Assembly: GCA_036643775.1 (NCBI GenBank)
Contig: JAVXRI010000010.1
Location: 4,752 to 68,751 of the forward strand
Reading direction: 5' to 3'
From: Pseudomonas sp.
Lineage (GTDB): Bacteria; Pseudomonadota; Gammaproteobacteria; Pseudomonadales; Pseudomonadaceae
DNA length: 64,000 nucleotides
In this document: positions 47,414 to 59,189 of the stretch, in pieces
How the letters are laid out: each line of letters opens with the position of its first letter
How positions within the stretch are numbered: the first letter of the stretch is position 1
Notes under the pieces: model-generated
Seen by the model: only the letters and a program-made list of their open reading frames with translations
Told to the model about the DNA's origin: nothing
Databases searched by the model: none
Made by a program: the position numbers and the translations under genes

Positions 47414-48227
47414 CGTGATTTGCTCCTTTGGTTTTTAGGAAGAGTACTGCCGTCGCCGATTGGTTTTTTTATACGGCGCGGCTCTTTCTTTTTGTGTCGG
47501 CGGAAATGTATATCACGCAGACTGTAGTTGGCGATATGGGGGAAAAGATCCTTTCGGTAACTTTACGGTCATGTCGCTAACGGTTAGGTCCCTGTCGCAA
47601 ATCACGCCCCGATTTTGCGGGCCGTACAACTCCAGCGCTGTTCCGGGTGGCGTAAGGATAGGTAAAAATAATCTAGCCCCCACTCCCCGAACTCCCTGGT
47701 TTACCCATGCAACTGTTGTTATTTGTCGCACTCCATCGCATCACTGCAGGTGTCGTGCCGACTGTGGCGGTTGTGAATGCAACAAGCGTGCTCAAAATCG
47801 GGGTCAGTTCACAAAATTTTCACGAATGCCCTCAAGAAAGGCGCAAAGTGCCGTAAAACCGGGGGCTAAGATCCATTGGTTCGCTTCGCTGGGTTGTTCC
47901 GGAATAAGAGGAAAAGTTGTCCGTTAAGTCAAAGCGTTACCGTCAACTCCTGATGCTGAGTAGTTTGCGGATACTTTGAGGGCCGGAGGTGCCGGTCAAG
48001 CCTCATTTTGGTGCGAAAAGTAGCGTTTCGCTGCTCCGCAGGCTGTTACCCGTTCATTTGCCGGGACCTGAGCGCAGAAAAAATGGCCAAAGCAGTGCGT
48101 TTCCTCTTTTAGATGGCTGCCTGGCAATGCTCCGGTGCGCGATCAGGGGTATCCTTCAGTATTCGGTCTGTGGCGCGGGGTTGGCTGTGCGCGGCCAAGG
48201 TATTAAATAGTTGTAGGAGATTGCCCT

Positions 48228-48653
48228 GTGTTTGATCTGGATCCACGTCTGCAAGAAGACACCTATGTGCTCGGAGACTTTCCTCTTTGTCGGCTGTTGC
48301 TGAGCAAGGATGCCAACTATCCGTGGTTTATTCTGGTGCCGCGCCGCGCCGATATCAGTGAATTGTTTCAACTCAATGACAGCGATCAGCAGCAACTCTG
48401 GAAAGAAACCACAGCGCTGGCCGAAACCCTCAAGGACAGTTTTGCTGCCGATAAAATGAATGTCGCGACCCTTGGTAATGTCGTTGCTCAACTTCATATG
48501 CACGTCATAGTACGTCGGCGCAACGATCCGGCCTGGCCTGCTCCGGTGTGGGGAAACAAACCAGCCACTGCCTACACCGCTGAGCAGGTTGCGGATGTTC
48601 GCCAGCGTTTGCTGACTGTTCTCGATGACAATTTCACATTCGCGGAGGTGTGA
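48228..48653 (+). CDS. HIT-family protein
   Basis: ATLGNVVAQLHMHVIVR, DPAWPAPVW. Confidence 0.9.
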   Translation: MFDLDPRLQEDTYVLGDFPLCRLLLSKDANYPWFILVPRRADISELFQLNDSDQQQLWKETTALAETLKDSFAADKMNVATLGNVVAQLHMHVIVRRRNDPAWPAPVWGNKPATAYTAEQVADVRQRLLTVLDDNFTFAEV

Positions 48654-48863
48654 GTGATGACACTTGAAGCGCGGGTAACCGAGCTGGAAAGCCGCCAGGC
48701 CTTCCAGGACGATACTATTCAGGCCCTTAACGATGTGCTGGTCGAGCAGCAGCGGGTGGTCGAGCGTCTGCAGTTGCAGATGGCGGCATTGCTCAAGCGT
48801 TACGATGAAATGGTGGGTCAATTCGAGAGCAGTGAGGAAGAGGCGCCACCGCCTCATTATTGA
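48654..48863 (+). CDS. slyX: SlyX-family protein
   Basis: [22 protein letters not shown]-terminus. Confidence 0.92.
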   Translation: MMTLEARVTELESRQAFQDDTIQALNDVLVEQQRVVERLQLQMAALLKRYDEMVGQFESSEEEAPPPHY

Positions 48864-48881
48864 TCACTGAGGTTCAGGCAT

Positions 48882-48917
48882 AAAAAAACCGCGGTCGCCC
48901 AGGCGCCGCGGTTTTTT
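48882..48917. terminator. Bidirectional terminator between slyX and the cold-shock gene
   Basis: AAAAAAACCGCGG...CCGCGGTTTTTT. Confidence 0.8.
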
Positions 48918-48929
48918 GTTGTCGCAGGA

Positions 48930-49517
48930 TCAGCGCCGCGGGGCGGCGATCACGTCTTCGGCTTGCAGGCCTTTGTCACGGTTCATTACCGAGAATTCCA
49001 CGCGCTGGCCTTCGACCAGAACGCGATGGCCTTCGCCGCGAATCGCGCGAAAGTGGACGAAGATGTCATCACCCGAATCACGCGAGATGAAGCCGAAGCC
49101 CTTGGAGGTATTGAACCACTTCACCGTGCCGGTATCGCGGTTGCTCATGTCGTACTGGGGTTGCTGGCTGCGGGCACCGCCGGATTTGAGGAAGGCGGCA
49201 GCCAGGTGCAGGGCGACGGCCAGCAAGGTGCAGCCCAGTGCTGGCAGGTTGCCCAGCTCCGGGCGGGCCAGCAGGGTCAGGGTCTGCAGCACCACGGCCA
49301 GCACCAGTAGTGCGCTGGTCAGGCGCTGCAAATGCAGGCGTGCGCCTTGGTAGTGCTGGGGTACCACGGGAGCGAGGAGCAGGTTGAGCAGGCCGAAGAG
49401 CGCCAGGTAAACGGCTTCCGGCTGTTGCAGCAGCGGTTCTGCATCAGTTCTCAGGCTGGGTATGAAGGACAGCAGCAAAGCTGCAGCGCCCGTCAACAGG
49501 TGGACGATCTTGAACAT
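48930..49517 (-). CDS. Membrane-anchored cold-shock domain protein
   Basis: Hydrophobic N-terminal ~120 aa plus CSD ([21 protein letters not shown]). Confidence 0.9.
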   Translation of the reverse strand: MFKIVHLLTGAAALLLSFIPSLRTDAEPLLQQPEAVYLALFGLLNLLLAPVVPQHYQGARLHLQRLTSALLVLAVVLQTLTLLARPELGNLPALGCTLLAVALHLAAAFLKSGGARSQQPQYDMSNRDTGTVKWFNTSKGFGFISRDSGDDIFVHFRAIRGEGHRVLVEGQRVEFSVMNRDKGLQAEDVIAAPRR

Positions 49518-49838
49518 ATTGGTTGGCTCACATTAATAAGGCATATCACAGGAAGAGCTGGCATCACGGCGCGCAATGGGTTGAGAAGCGCAAAAACGTG
49601 AGAAAAGGCCAGCCTATGCGCCCCTGCACTGACAATCGTCAGGGGCGGCACGCCGCCTATTTAACAGCAAAGCCCAGGGCTTCTCAAATCATCGGCCAGC
49701 CGTGTGTCGCTTGCTCCGGGCCAGAGCCGTTGGCGCCTGCAGCGCCATGTCGCAAGCGCGAGGCTGCAGGCAGTGGCAAGTCTTGATAGAGTGGGGTGTA
49801 CCCGTTTGATCATCAAACATCATGGAAAGGGGAATCGC

Positions 49839-50312
49839 ATGGCTATTGATATCGGTATCAGTGAAGAAGATCGCAAGTCCATCGTCGATGGATTGTCGCG
49901 GCTCTTGTCGGATACTTATGTACTTTATCTGAAGACCCATAACTTCCACTGGAACGTGACCGGGCCGGCCTTTCGCACATTGCACTTGATGTTTGAAGAG
50001 CAATATAACGAACTGGCCCTGGCGGTAGACTCCATTGCCGAGCGCATTCGTGCGCTGGGTTTTCCTGCGCCGGGTGCGTATTCGATCTATGCCCGATTGT
50101 CTTCCATCAAGGAAGAAGAGGGCGTGCCACCTGCCGAAGAGATGATCAAGCAGCTGGTGGAAGGGCAGGAAGCCGTGACCCGCACGGCGCGCAGCATCTT
50201 CCCGCTGCTCGATAAGGTCAGTGACGAGCCGACTGCAGACCTGCTCACCCAGCGTATGCAGGTGCATGAAAAAACCGCCTGGATGTTGCGCTCGTTGCTG
50301 GAAGGTAAATAG
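49839..50312 (+). CDS. dps: Dps family DNA-protecting ferritin-like protein
   Basis: [37 protein letters not shown]. Confidence 0.95.
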   Translation: MAIDIGISEEDRKSIVDGLSRLLSDTYVLYLKTHNFHWNVTGPAFRTLHLMFEEQYNELALAVDSIAERIRALGFPAPGAYSIYARLSSIKEEEGVPPAEEMIKQLVEGQEAVTRTARSIFPLLDKVSDEPTADLLTQRMQVHEKTAWMLRSLLEGK

Positions 50313-50340
50313 TCCAGTAAGGCAGTAAGCGCTTTGGCAT

Positions 50341-50373
50341 AAATGCCCGGATCCCTCACAGGTCCGGGCATTT
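50341..50373 (+). terminator. Terminator after dps
   Basis: AAATGCCCGGA...TCCGGGCATTT. Confidence 0.75.
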
Positions 50374-50557
50374 ATCGTTAATAGGGAAGGTGTTCTATCG
50401 TGATGCGATCCATTGCTTCTTGCCGAGCAATCCTACAGCGAGAGTAAGCCGGTCTGCTGGAAGCAAACCACACCGCAGCGCTTTATTAGGGCAAGTCTCT
50501 GAGTGCTGACAATTGCTCGGGGGTATTTCCCTGTTAGTCAGATCGCGTGGTGTTTTT

Positions 50558-50887
50558 ATGTCTTCATGGATGAATCGCGGCGGGCGTGCAGCGGGCGGGC
50601 CGGGCAAGGAGGGTGTCGATCCGTTCGAGGCGAATTTCAACATGGGCCTGGCCCGGCCGCTGTCACGCTCGGTACGTTTGAATGGATTTGCCACGTGCCT
50701 GCGACTGGAAGAGGTCTATTGGAGAATTCTTGAGCGGATCGCCGAGGCCAACCAGTGCACCGTCAACGCTGTGCTGTCCTATGTGGACCGCGAGGTGCAC
50801 CTGCGCCATGGCGGGGTGAAAAACTTCAGTGGCCTGATCCGGGTGGTCTGTGTGGTCTATCTGCTCGGCACACAGGTGACACGCTAG
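50558..50887 (+). CDS. Ribbon-helix-helix domain protein (start uncertain)
   Basis: SRSVRLNGFATCLRLEEVYWRILERIA...NFSGLIRV. Confidence 0.8.
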   Translation: MSSWMNRGGRAAGGPGKEGVDPFEANFNMGLARPLSRSVRLNGFATCLRLEEVYWRILERIAEANQCTVNAVLSYVDREVHLRHGGVKNFSGLIRVVCVVYLLGTQVTR

Positions 50888-50980
50888 TCGGTTACCGGGC
50901 TGCACAGCACTCCTTAACCATATATAATCCCGCTCTTTACTGCCTGAACCAGCCCGCGCTGTGGTTAACGAGACACGCCT

Positions 50981-51202
50981 ATGCCCCTGTACGACTATCA
51001 ATGTGCTTCCTGTGATCACCAGATGGAAGTCCTCCAGAAGATCAGCGCTGAGCCGCTGACCGATTGCCCGGCGTGTCAGAAGCCCGAGCTGAAGAAGCTG
51101 ATTTCCGCGCCCGGGTTCCGCCTGGGCGGTACCGGCTGGTACGAAACCGACTTCAAGACCGGTGCAAAAAAGAATCTTGCAGGCGGCGACAAGGCCGACT
51201 GA
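50981..51202 (+). CDS. FmdB-family zinc-ribbon protein
   Basis: MPLYDYQCASC...CPAC, GTGWYETDF. Confidence 0.92.
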   Translation: MPLYDYQCASCDHQMEVLQKISAEPLTDCPACQKPELKKLISAPGFRLGGTGWYETDFKTGAKKNLAGGDKAD

Positions 51203-51296
51203 GTTGAATTGCACCGGCAGGGTCTTGCACTATTAGCCCTTTGTGGCGCCAAGGCCTCCACTGAACATACGAATGACGAGAAGCGAAACCACCATC

Positions 51297-53072
51297 ATGA
51301 TGCGCAGCCATTATTGCGGCCAACTGAACGAGAGCCTGGAAGGTCAGGAAATTACCCTTTGCGGATGGGTCCATCGTCGCCGCGACCACGGCGGGGTGAT
51401 TTTCCTCGATATCCGTGACCGCGAAGGCATGGCTCAGGTTGTTTTCGACCCGGATCGCGCTGACAGCTTCGCCGCCGCCGATCGCGTGCGTAGCGAATAC
51501 GTGGTGCAGATCACCGGTAAGGTGCGTCCGCGTCCAGCCGGTGCGGTGAACGCCAACATGGCCTCCGGCGCCATCGAAGTACTGGGTTACGAGCTGACCG
51601 TGCTCAACGAAGCCGAAACCCCGCCGTTCCCGCTCAACGAATACTCCGACGTCGGCGAAGAAACCCGCCTGCGCTATCGCTTCATCGACCTGCGTCGTCC
51701 GGAAATGGCCGAGAAGCTGCGCCTGCGTTCGCGCATCACCACCAGCATCCGTCGATTCCTCGATGAAAACGGCTTCCTCGACGTTGAGACGCCGATTCTC
51801 ACCCGTGCCACCCCTGAGGGCGCGCGTGACTACCTGGTGCCGAGCCGTACCCACGCTGGCAGCTTCTTCGCCTTGCCACAGTCGCCACAGCTGTTCAAGC
51901 AGCTGCTGATGGTTGCCGGTTTCGACCGCTACTACCAGATTGCCAAGTGCTTCCGCGACGAAGACCTGCGTGCCGACCGTCAGCCGGAATTCACCCAGAT
52001 CGACATTGAGACCAGCTTCCTCAATGAATCCGAGATCATGGGCCTGACCGAAAGCATGATCCGCAAGCTGTTCAAGGAAGTCCTGGACCTGGAGTTCGGT
52101 GAATTCCCGCACATGACCTTCGAAGAAGCCATGCGCCGCTACGGTTCCGACAAACCGGACCTGCGTAACCCGCTGGAACTGGTCGACGTCGCCGATCAGC
52201 TCAAAGACGTCGATTTCAAAGTCTTCAGTGGTCCGGCCAACGATCCGAAGTGCCGTGTTGCCGCCTTGCGTGTGCCAGGCGCTGGCAGCATGCCGCGCAG
52301 CCGCATTGACGAGTACACCAAGTTCGTCGGCATCTATGGTGCCAAGGGCCTGGCGTACATCAAGGTCAACGAACGCGCCAAAGGCGTCGAGGGCCTGCAG
52401 TCGCCAATCGTCAAGAACATCCCTGAGGCCAACCTCAATGTGATCCTCGATCGCGTGGGTGCGGTCGATGGCGACATCGTGTTCTTCGGCGCCGACAAGG
52501 CCAAGATCGTCAGCGAGGCGCTGGGCGCCCTGCGGATCAAGGTCGGCAACGACTTCAACCTGCACACCTGTGAGTGGGCACCGATGTGGGTTGTCGACTT
52601 CCCGATGTTCGAAGAGAACGACGACGGCAGCTTCACCGCGCTGCACCACCCGTTCACCGCGCCGAAGTGCTCGCCTGAAGAGCTGGAGGCCAACCCGGCC
52701 ACCGCGCTCTCGCGTGCCTACGACATGGTCCTCAACGGTACCGAGCTGGGCGGCGGTTCGATCCGTATCCACCGCAAGGAAATGCAACAGGCGGTGTTCC
52801 GTCTGCTGGGTATCGAAGCGGCTGAACAGGAAGAGAAGTTCGGCTTCCTGCTCGACGCCCTGAAGTTCGGTGCACCGCCACACGGTGGCCTGGCCTTCGG
52901 TCTGGACCGTCTGGTCATGCTGATGACCGGCGCCCAGTCGATTCGAGAAGTCATCGCCTTCCCGAAAACCCAGAGCGCCGCTTGCGTCATGACTCAGGCC
53001 CCTGGCCTGGTCGATGCCAAGGCCCTGCGTGAGTTGCATATCCGTCTGCGCGAACAGCCCAAGGCTGAGTAA
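51297..53072 (+). CDS. aspS: Aspartate--tRNA ligase
   Basis: [47 protein letters not shown]. Confidence 0.99.
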   Translation: MMRSHYCGQLNESLEGQEITLCGWVHRRRDHGGVIFLDIRDREGMAQVVFDPDRADSFAAADRVRSEYVVQITGKVRPRPAGAVNANMASGAIEVLGYELTVLNEAETPPFPLNEYSDVGEETRLRYRFIDLRRPEMAEKLRLRSRITTSIRRFLDENGFLDVETPILTRATPEGARDYLVPSRTHAGSFFALPQSPQLFKQLLMVAGFDRYYQIAKCFRDEDLRADRQPEFTQIDIETSFLNESEIMGLTESMIRKLFKEVLDLEFGEFPHMTFEEAMRRYGSDKPDLRNPLELVDVADQLKDVDFKVFSGPANDPKCRVAALRVPGAGSMPRSRIDEYTKFVGIYGAKGLAYIKVNERAKGVEGLQSPIVKNIPEANLNVILDRVGAVDGDIVFFGADKAKIVSEALGALRIKVGNDFNLHTCEWAPMWVVDFPMFEENDDGSFTALHHPFTAPKCSPEELEANPATALSRAYDMVLNGTELGGGSIRIHRKEMQQAVFRLLGIEAAEQEEKFGFLLDALKFGAPPHGGLAFGLDRLVMLMTGAQSIREVIAFPKTQSAACVMTQAPGLVDAKALRELHIRLREQPKAE

Positions 53073-53192
53073 GCAGACCCCGGGCGCATCCAAATGGATG
53101 CGCCTTTGCGTTGAGCAGTACGAAATTTATGGTTCCTGCGCGGTATGTGCCGGGCAGGGACGTGACATTGTTTCAAAGGATTCGGAGTCGTT

Positions 53193-53939
53193 ATGGCTGG
53201 TCATTCCAAATGGGCAAACATCAAGCACCGCAAAGAGCGTCAGGATGCCAAGCGGGGCAAGATCTTCACCAAGTGGATTCGTGAACTGACCGTCGCAGCC
53301 AAACAAGGCGGCGGCGATCCGACCTCCAACCCGCGTCTGCGCCTGGCCCTGGACAAGGCCCTGGGTGCCAACATGAGTCGCGACATCATCGATCGGGCAG
53401 TTGCTCGTGGTGCTGGCGCGACCGAAGCCGATAACGTCGAAGAGCTCAGCTACGAAGGCTACGGCCCGGGCGGCGTGGCGATCATGGTTGAGGCCATGAC
53501 CGACAACCGCAACCGTACCGCTGCTGCCGTTCGCCATGCCTTCAGCAAATGCGGCGGCAACCTCGGTACCGATGGTTCCGTGGCTTATCTGTTCGAGCGC
53601 AAGGGGCAGATCAGCTTTGCCGCAGGTGTCGATGAAGATGCGCTGATGGAAGCGGCGATGGAGGCCGATGCTGACGATGTGGTCAGCAATGAGGATGGCT
53701 CCTTCGATGTGTTCACCTCGTTTGCCAGCTTCTATGCCGTGCGTAATGCGCTGGAAGAAGCGGGCTTCAAGGCGGCGGACGCGGAAATCGTCATGCAGCC
53801 GACCACCAGTGCCGAACTGGATCTGGAGGGCGCGCAGAAGGTCCTCAAGCTGATCGACATGCTTGAGGACCTGGACGACGTGCAGAACGTCTACTCCAAT
53901 GCCGAGATTCCCGACGACGTCATGGAGCAGCTCGGCTAG
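53193..53939 (+). CDS. yebC: YebC/PmpR-family protein
   Basis: [29 protein letters not shown]. Confidence 0.96.
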   Translation: MAGHSKWANIKHRKERQDAKRGKIFTKWIRELTVAAKQGGGDPTSNPRLRLALDKALGANMSRDIIDRAVARGAGATEADNVEELSYEGYGPGGVAIMVEAMTDNRNRTAAAVRHAFSKCGGNLGTDGSVAYLFERKGQISFAAGVDEDALMEAAMEADADDVVSNEDGSFDVFTSFASFYAVRNALEEAGFKAADAEIVMQPTTSAELDLEGAQKVLKLIDMLEDLDDVQNVYSNAEIPDDVMEQLG

Positions 53940-54068
53940 GCTTCAATGGCTGCTCCCGCCGGGTTTTGTTCAAGGCCGGATCTGCCTGCAGTTGCATAGC
54001 ATCTGCAGGCCGGTCCGGTTTCTGTTTTTAGTACGGCGCAATCGTGCGTCATTGAGTATGTAGGCGTT

Positions 54069-54593
54069 ATGACTCTGATTCTTGGCATCGACCCCGGATC
54101 GCGCATCACTGGATACGGTGTGGTGCGTCAGGGCGCGCGGGGTTGTGAGTATGTGGCTTCAGGGTGCATTCGAACCGGCAGTGGCGAGTTGCCCGAACGC
54201 TTGCAGATCGTGTTTCGCGGTGTGCGCGAAATCATCAGCCAGTACGGCCCGGTGACGATGGGTATCGAGCGCGTGTTCATGGCCCGCAACGCCGACTCGG
54301 CACTGAAGTTGGGCCAGGCCCGCGGTGCGGCCATCGTCGCCGCTATCGAAGCAGGCCTGGAGATTGCCGAATACAGCGCAACCCAGGTCAAGCAAGCGGT
54401 TGCCGGTACTGGCGGGGCCAACAAGGAGCAAGTGCAGATGATGGTCATGCACCTGCTCAAGTTGACCCAGAAGCCGCAGATCGATGCCTCCGACGCCTTG
54501 GCCATCGCCTTGTGCCATGCCCATACCCGTTCCAGCCTGCTGCCTCACGGCCTGGGAACGGCTCGCAGTCGTAGTGGACGCTTGCGGCTCTGA
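54069..54593 (+). CDS. ruvC: Holliday junction resolvase RuvC
   Basis: [31 protein letters not shown]. Confidence 0.98.
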   Translation: MTLILGIDPGSRITGYGVVRQGARGCEYVASGCIRTGSGELPERLQIVFRGVREIISQYGPVTMGIERVFMARNADSALKLGQARGAAIVAAIEAGLEIAEYSATQVKQAVAGTGGANKEQVQMMVMHLLKLTQKPQIDASDALAIALCHAHTRSSLLPHGLGTARSRSGRLRL

Positions 54594-54701
54594 TAGCATC
54601 ATGCGTTGAAACAAAATTTGACCGGGCAATGCCATCGGCCATTGCATTTGCTGTTAGGGTTGACCGGTTGTTTGCCGGCGCCCATGAGGAAGGATTGCAA
54701 C

Positions 54702-55310
54702 GTGATTGGACGTTTGCGCGGCACCCTGGCTGAAAAGCAGCCGCCGCACCTGATTGTTGATGTCAATGGCCTGGGCTATGAGCTGGAAGTGCCGATGACC
54801 ACCCTGTACCGCCTGCCCAAGATCGGTGAGGCGGTGACCCTGCATACTCACCTGGTGGTCCGTGAGGACGCTCATCTGCTCTATGGCTTTCATGAGAAGC
54901 GCGAGCGAGAGCTGTTCCGTGAGCTGATCCGGCTCAACGGCGTCGGTCCCAAGCTGGCCCTGGCCTTGATGTCGGGCCTGGAGGTCGACGAACTGGTACG
55001 CTGTGTCCAGGCCCAGGACACCTCGGCACTGGTCAAGGTGCCGGGTGTCGGCAAAAAGACCGCCGAGCGCCTGCTGGTCGAACTCAAGGATCGTTTCAAG
55101 GCCTGGGAAACCTCGCCGGCGATGTTCGCCCTGGTGCCCAATGGCCCGTTGCCGATTGCCACAGTCTCCAGTGCCGAAGCCGATGCTGTCAGCGCCCTGA
55201 TTTCCCTGGGTTACAAGCCCCAGGAAGCCAGCAAGGCGGTGGCTGCCGTCGATGCCAAGGGCTTGAGCAGTGAAGAGCTGATCCGCCGCAGCCTGAAGGG
55301 AATGATCTAA
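54702..55310 (+). CDS. ruvA: Holliday junction branch migration protein RuvA
   Basis: GTG start [36 protein letters not shown]. Confidence 0.97.
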   Translation: MIGRLRGTLAEKQPPHLIVDVNGLGYELEVPMTTLYRLPKIGEAVTLHTHLVVREDAHLLYGFHEKRERELFRELIRLNGVGPKLALALMSGLEVDELVRCVQAQDTSALVKVPGVGKKTAERLLVELKDRFKAWETSPAMFALVPNGPLPIATVSSAEADAVSALISLGYKPQEASKAVAAVDAKGLSSEELIRRSLKGMI

Positions 55311-56366
55311 GTGATTGAAGCCGACCGATTGATAGCCGCCACCGGGCGTGACCGCGAAGAGGTCCAGGATCGGGCAATCCGTCCCCTGCGTCTGGCCGAG
55401 TATATCGGTCAGCCGGTGGTGCGCGAGCAGATGGCCCTGTTCATCGAGGCCGCTCGTGGGCGCAGCGAATCCCTGGATCACACCTTGATCTTCGGCCCGC
55501 CCGGGCTGGGCAAGACCACCCTGGCGAATATCATTGCCCAGGAAATGGGCGTGTCGATCAAAAGTACCTCGGGGCCCATTCTTGAGCGTCCGGGCGATCT
55601 GGCGGCGTTGTTGACCAACCTCGAACCTCACGATGTATTGTTCATCGACGAAATCCATCGCCTGTCACCGATCGTCGAAGAAGTGCTGTACCCGGCCATG
55701 GAAGACTTCCAGCTCGACATCATGATCGGTGAAGGGCCGGCGGCGCGCTCGATCAAGCTCGACCTGCCGCCCTTTACCCTGGTCGGTGCGACCACCCGGG
55801 CCGGTATGCTGACCAACCCGTTGCGTGATCGCTTCGGCATTGTCCAGCGCCTGGAGTTCTACAACACCGACGACCTGGCGACCATTGTCAGCCGTTCCGG
55901 TGGCATTCTGGGCTTGCCGATCGAAGACGAAGGCGCCTTCGAGATCGCTCGTCGTGCCCGTGGCACGCCACGGATCGCCAACCGCCTGTTGCGTCGGGTG
56001 CGCGACTATGCCGAAGTGCGTGGCAAGGGCCACATCACCAAGCCGATTGCCGACATGGCGCTGAACCTGCTGGATGTCGACGAGCGTGGCTTCGATCACC
56101 AGGACCGTCGTCTGCTGCTGACCATGATCGAGAAGTTCGACGGCGGCCCGGTCGGTGTCGACAGCCTCGCGGCGGCGATCAGTGAGGAGCGCCACACCAT
56201 CGAGGACGTGCTCGAGCCCTATCTGATCCAGCAGGGCTACATCATGCGCACCCCGCGGGGCAGGGTGGTGACCCGGCACGCCTATCTGCATTTCGGTTTG
56301 AACATCCCCAATCGCCTTGGCGAGTCGGTCAATGGCGAAGGTTTTTCTGCCCGGACCGATGAATGA
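55311..56366 (+). CDS. ruvB: Holliday junction helicase RuvB
   Basis: [34 protein letters not shown]. Confidence 0.98.
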   Translation: MIEADRLIAATGRDREEVQDRAIRPLRLAEYIGQPVVREQMALFIEAARGRSESLDHTLIFGPPGLGKTTLANIIAQEMGVSIKSTSGPILERPGDLAALLTNLEPHDVLFIDEIHRLSPIVEEVLYPAMEDFQLDIMIGEGPAARSIKLDLPPFTLVGATTRAGMLTNPLRDRFGIVQRLEFYNTDDLATIVSRSGGILGLPIEDEGAFEIARRARGTPRIANRLLRRVRDYAEVRGKGHITKPIADMALNLLDVDERGFDHQDRRLLLTMIEKFDGGPVGVDSLAAAISEERHTIEDVLEPYLIQQGYIMRTPRGRVVTRHAYLHFGLNIPNRLGESVNGEGFSARTDE

Positions 56367-56492
56367 CAGATTTATCTGCAGTTTTCGTGGTCCTATCGCC
56401 AGTCATGGAAGGACCACGCTGGCAATACGACATAAATGATGAAAAAACAGTTGCCGGGGCGGATTGGCAAGCTGAGGAGTAAGCACTAGAGT

Positions 56493-56948
56493 ATGCGCGC
56501 GCAAAATGGGCTTGAGTCGTTCGCACACCGTTGTCGGGTCTACTACGAAGACACTGATGCGGGCGGCGTGGTGTATTACGTCAATTACCTGAAATTCATG
56601 GAGCGTGCCCGCACCGAGCGGTTACGCGCACTGGGCTTTGCCCAGTCGGCAATGGCGCAGGACAACCTGTTGTTCGTGGTCCATTCCAGCGAGGCGCGCT
56701 ACCACGCGCCGGCACGGTTGGACGATGAGTTGCGGGTTACCGCGCAAGTGCTTGAATTGAACCGCGCCAGCCTGCGTTTCGTACAGCAGGTCTGGCGTGA
56801 AAAAGATGCAACGCTGCTCTGCGAGGGGCAGTTCCTGGTGGCCTGTGTGCGCGCCGACACTTTCAAACCCCGGGCCATCCCCCCAGCGCTGCGAGCGGCC
56901 TTTGCCGCGGCTGGCGATCCGGGTATTCATTCAAATGCAGGAGATTAA
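56493..56948 (+). CDS. ybgC: Tol-Pal-associated acyl-CoA thioesterase
   Basis: [28 protein letters not shown]. Confidence 0.95.
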   Translation: MRAQNGLESFAHRCRVYYEDTDAGGVVYYVNYLKFMERARTERLRALGFAQSAMAQDNLLFVVHSSEARYHAPARLDDELRVTAQVLELNRASLRFVQQVWREKDATLLCEGQFLVACVRADTFKPRAIPPALRAAFAAAGDPGIHSNAGD

Positions 56949-56950
56949 GC

Positions 56951-57646
56951 GTGGAAGCTAACGTCGTCGACCATACCTCCATGTGGAGCCTGGTCAGCAA
57001 TGCCAGCATCGTGGTACAGCTGGTCATGCTGATTCTGGTTGCCGCATCGGTAACGTCATGGATCATGATTTTCCAGCGCAGCACCATGCTGCGCGCCGGT
57101 CGTCGAGCCCTGGAAAGCTTCGAAGAGCGCTTCTGGTCGGGGATCGACCTGTCCAAACTGTACCGTCAAGCGGGCAGCAACCCGGACCCGGACTCGGGTG
57201 TCGAGCAGGTCTTCCGTGCCGGCTTCAAGGAGTTCTCCCGTCTGCGTCAGCAGCCAGGTGTCGATCCTGATGCAGTCATGGAAGGCGTTGGCCGGGCCAT
57301 GCGCGTGGCCATCTCGCGTGAAGAAGAAAAACTCGAGCAGAGCCTGCCGTTCCTGGCCACCGTTGGTTCCACCAGCCCGTACATCGGTCTGTTCGGTACC
57401 GTGTGGGGCATCATGAACTCCTTCCGCGGCCTGGCCTCGGCGCAGCAAGCGACCCTGGCTACCGTGGCCCCGGGTATTGCCGAAGCGCTGATCGCTACCG
57501 CAATCGGCCTGTTCGCCGCGATTCCAGCGGTTATTGCCTACAACCGTTTCGCTGCCCGCAGTGAAGTCTTGATCGGCCGTTACTACACGTTCGCCGACGA
57601 GTTCCAGGCCATCCTGCACCGTAAAGTGCACACCAGCGAAGAGTGA
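56951..57646 (+). CDS. tolQ: TolQ
   Basis: SPYIGLFGTVWGIM, PGIAEALIATAIGL. Confidence 0.97.
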   Translation: MEANVVDHTSMWSLVSNASIVVQLVMLILVAASVTSWIMIFQRSTMLRAGRRALESFEERFWSGIDLSKLYRQAGSNPDPDSGVEQVFRAGFKEFSRLRQQPGVDPDAVMEGVGRAMRVAISREEEKLEQSLPFLATVGSTSPYIGLFGTVWGIMNSFRGLASAQQATLATVAPGIAEALIATAIGLFAAIPAVIAYNRFAARSEVLIGRYYTFADEFQAILHRKVHTSEE

Positions 57647-57660
57647 TCAGGTAAAAGCCC

Positions 57661-58113
57661 ATGGCCCGAGTTCGCCACAAACGCAAGCCGGTCGCCGAGA
57701 TGAACGTGGTGCCCTACATCGACGTGATGTTGGTACTGCTGGTCATTTTCATGGTGACCGCACCGATGCTCAACCAGGGCGTGAAAGTCGACCTGCCCAA
57801 GGTTTCCAGCGAAGCCTTGCCGCAGGACAACAACGTCCAGGTCCTGACCATTTCGATCAAGGCTGACAAGACCTATTTCTGGAACCTTGGCAGTGAAGTC
57901 GACACCGAAAAGCAGATGGACAAGGCTATGACCTTGCCGCAAATGACCGACGCCGTGACCAAGATCATCGCCGCCGGACGTGACCAGGGCAAACAGACCC
58001 AGGTCTTCATCCGTGGCGACAAATCTGTCGACTACGGCGCGGTCATGGGTGCCATGGGCGGGTTGCAGAAGGCAGGTGTCGGTAACGTTGGCCTGATTAC
58101 CGAGGCGCCCTGA
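57661..58113 (+). CDS. tolR: TolR
   Basis: EMNVVPYIDVMLVLLVIFMVTAP, RGDK...YG.VM. Confidence 0.97.
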   Translation: MARVRHKRKPVAEMNVVPYIDVMLVLLVIFMVTAPMLNQGVKVDLPKVSSEALPQDNNVQVLTISIKADKTYFWNLGSEVDTEKQMDKAMTLPQMTDAVTKIIAAGRDQGKQTQVFIRGDKSVDYGAVMGAMGGLQKAGVGNVGLITEAP

Positions 58114-59189
58114 TGCAACAGCGAGAGCCATCCGCCTCGGAAAGCTATTTCTGGCCCAGCGTCTGGGCCATTGCGCTGCACGTTCTGGTGTTCGGCATGC
58201 TGTTCGTCAGTTTTGCCATGACCCCGGAGCTGCCGCCGGCCAAGCCTATTGTCCAGGCAACCCTGTACCAGCTGAAATCGAAAAGTCAGGCGACCACCCA
58301 GACCAATCAGAAGATTGCGGGTGAAGCGAAGAAAACCGCTTCGCGCCAGACCGAAGAAGAACAGATGGAACAGAAGAAGGTCGAGCAGCAAGCAGTAAAA
58401 GCTGCGGAACAAAAGAAAGAAGAAGCTGCTCAAAAGGCGGAAGAAGCACGCGCCGAAGCCGAGGCGAAGAAGTCCGAAGAAGCCAAGAAGGCTGACGAGG
58501 CAAAGAAAACCGCCGAAGCCAAGAAAGCCGAAGAGGCTAAAAAGGCTGCCGAGAAGCAACAGGCTGATATCGCCAAGAAGAAGGCCGAAGAGGAAGCCAA
58601 GAAAAAGGCTGACGAAGAGGCCAAGAAGCAGGCGGCTGAAGAAGCCAAGAAAAAAGCAGCCGAGGACGCCAAGAGGAAGGCGGCCGAGGATGCCAAGAAG
58701 AAAGCAGTGGCCGAAGAAGCGAAGAAAAAGGCCGCTGAAGACGCGAAGAAGAAAGCCGCAGCTGATGCGGCCAAGAAGAAGGCACAGGATGCAGCCCGCA
58801 AGGCGGCGGAAGACAAGAAAGCCCAGGCCCTGGCCGAGCTTCTGTCCGATACCACCGAGCGGCAACAGGCATTGGCTGACGAGCAGGGTGACCAGGTAGC
58901 CGGCGATTTCGACGACCTGATCCGTGCACGTGCGGCCGAGGGCTGGGCGCGTCCACCTTCTGCGCGCAAGAACATGACGGTGGTTCTGCAGATCGGCATG
59001 TTGCCGGATGGCACCATTACCTCGGTGAGCGTAGCGCGCTCCAGTGGCGATGGTCCGTTTGACAGTTCGGCAGTTGCCGCGGTCAAGAACATTGGTCGTT
59101 TAACCGAGATGCAGGGCTTGAAACCGAGCGAATTCAATCCCTATCGTTCATTCAAGATGACATTCACACCTGAGGATCTAGCCTTGTGA
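58113..59189 (+). CDS. tolA: TolA
   Basis: TM with SxxxH-like motif, long K/A/E helical repeat, TonB-like C-terminal domain. Confidence 0.96.
   Translation: MQQREPSASESYFWPSVWAIALHVLVFGMLFVSFAMTPELPPAKPIVQATLYQLKSKSQATTQTNQKIAGEAKKTASRQTEEEQMEQKKVEQQAVKAAEQKKEEAAQKAEEARAEAEAKKSEEAKKADEAKKTAEAKKAEEAKKAAEKQQADIAKKKAEEEAKKKADEEAKKQAAEEAKKKAAEDAKRKAAEDAKKKAVAEEAKKKAAEDAKKKAAADAAKKKAQDAARKAAEDKKAQALAELLSDTTERQQALADEQGDQVAGDFDDLIRARAAEGWARPPSARKNMTVVLQIGMLPDGTITSVSVARSSGDGPFDSSAVAAVKNIGRLTEMQGLKPSEFNPYRSFKMTFTPEDLAL

Noticed and set aside
58380-58830. Low-complexity AAG/GCC repeats as a novel repeat array
   Set aside because: Normal K/A/E helical domain II of TolA.
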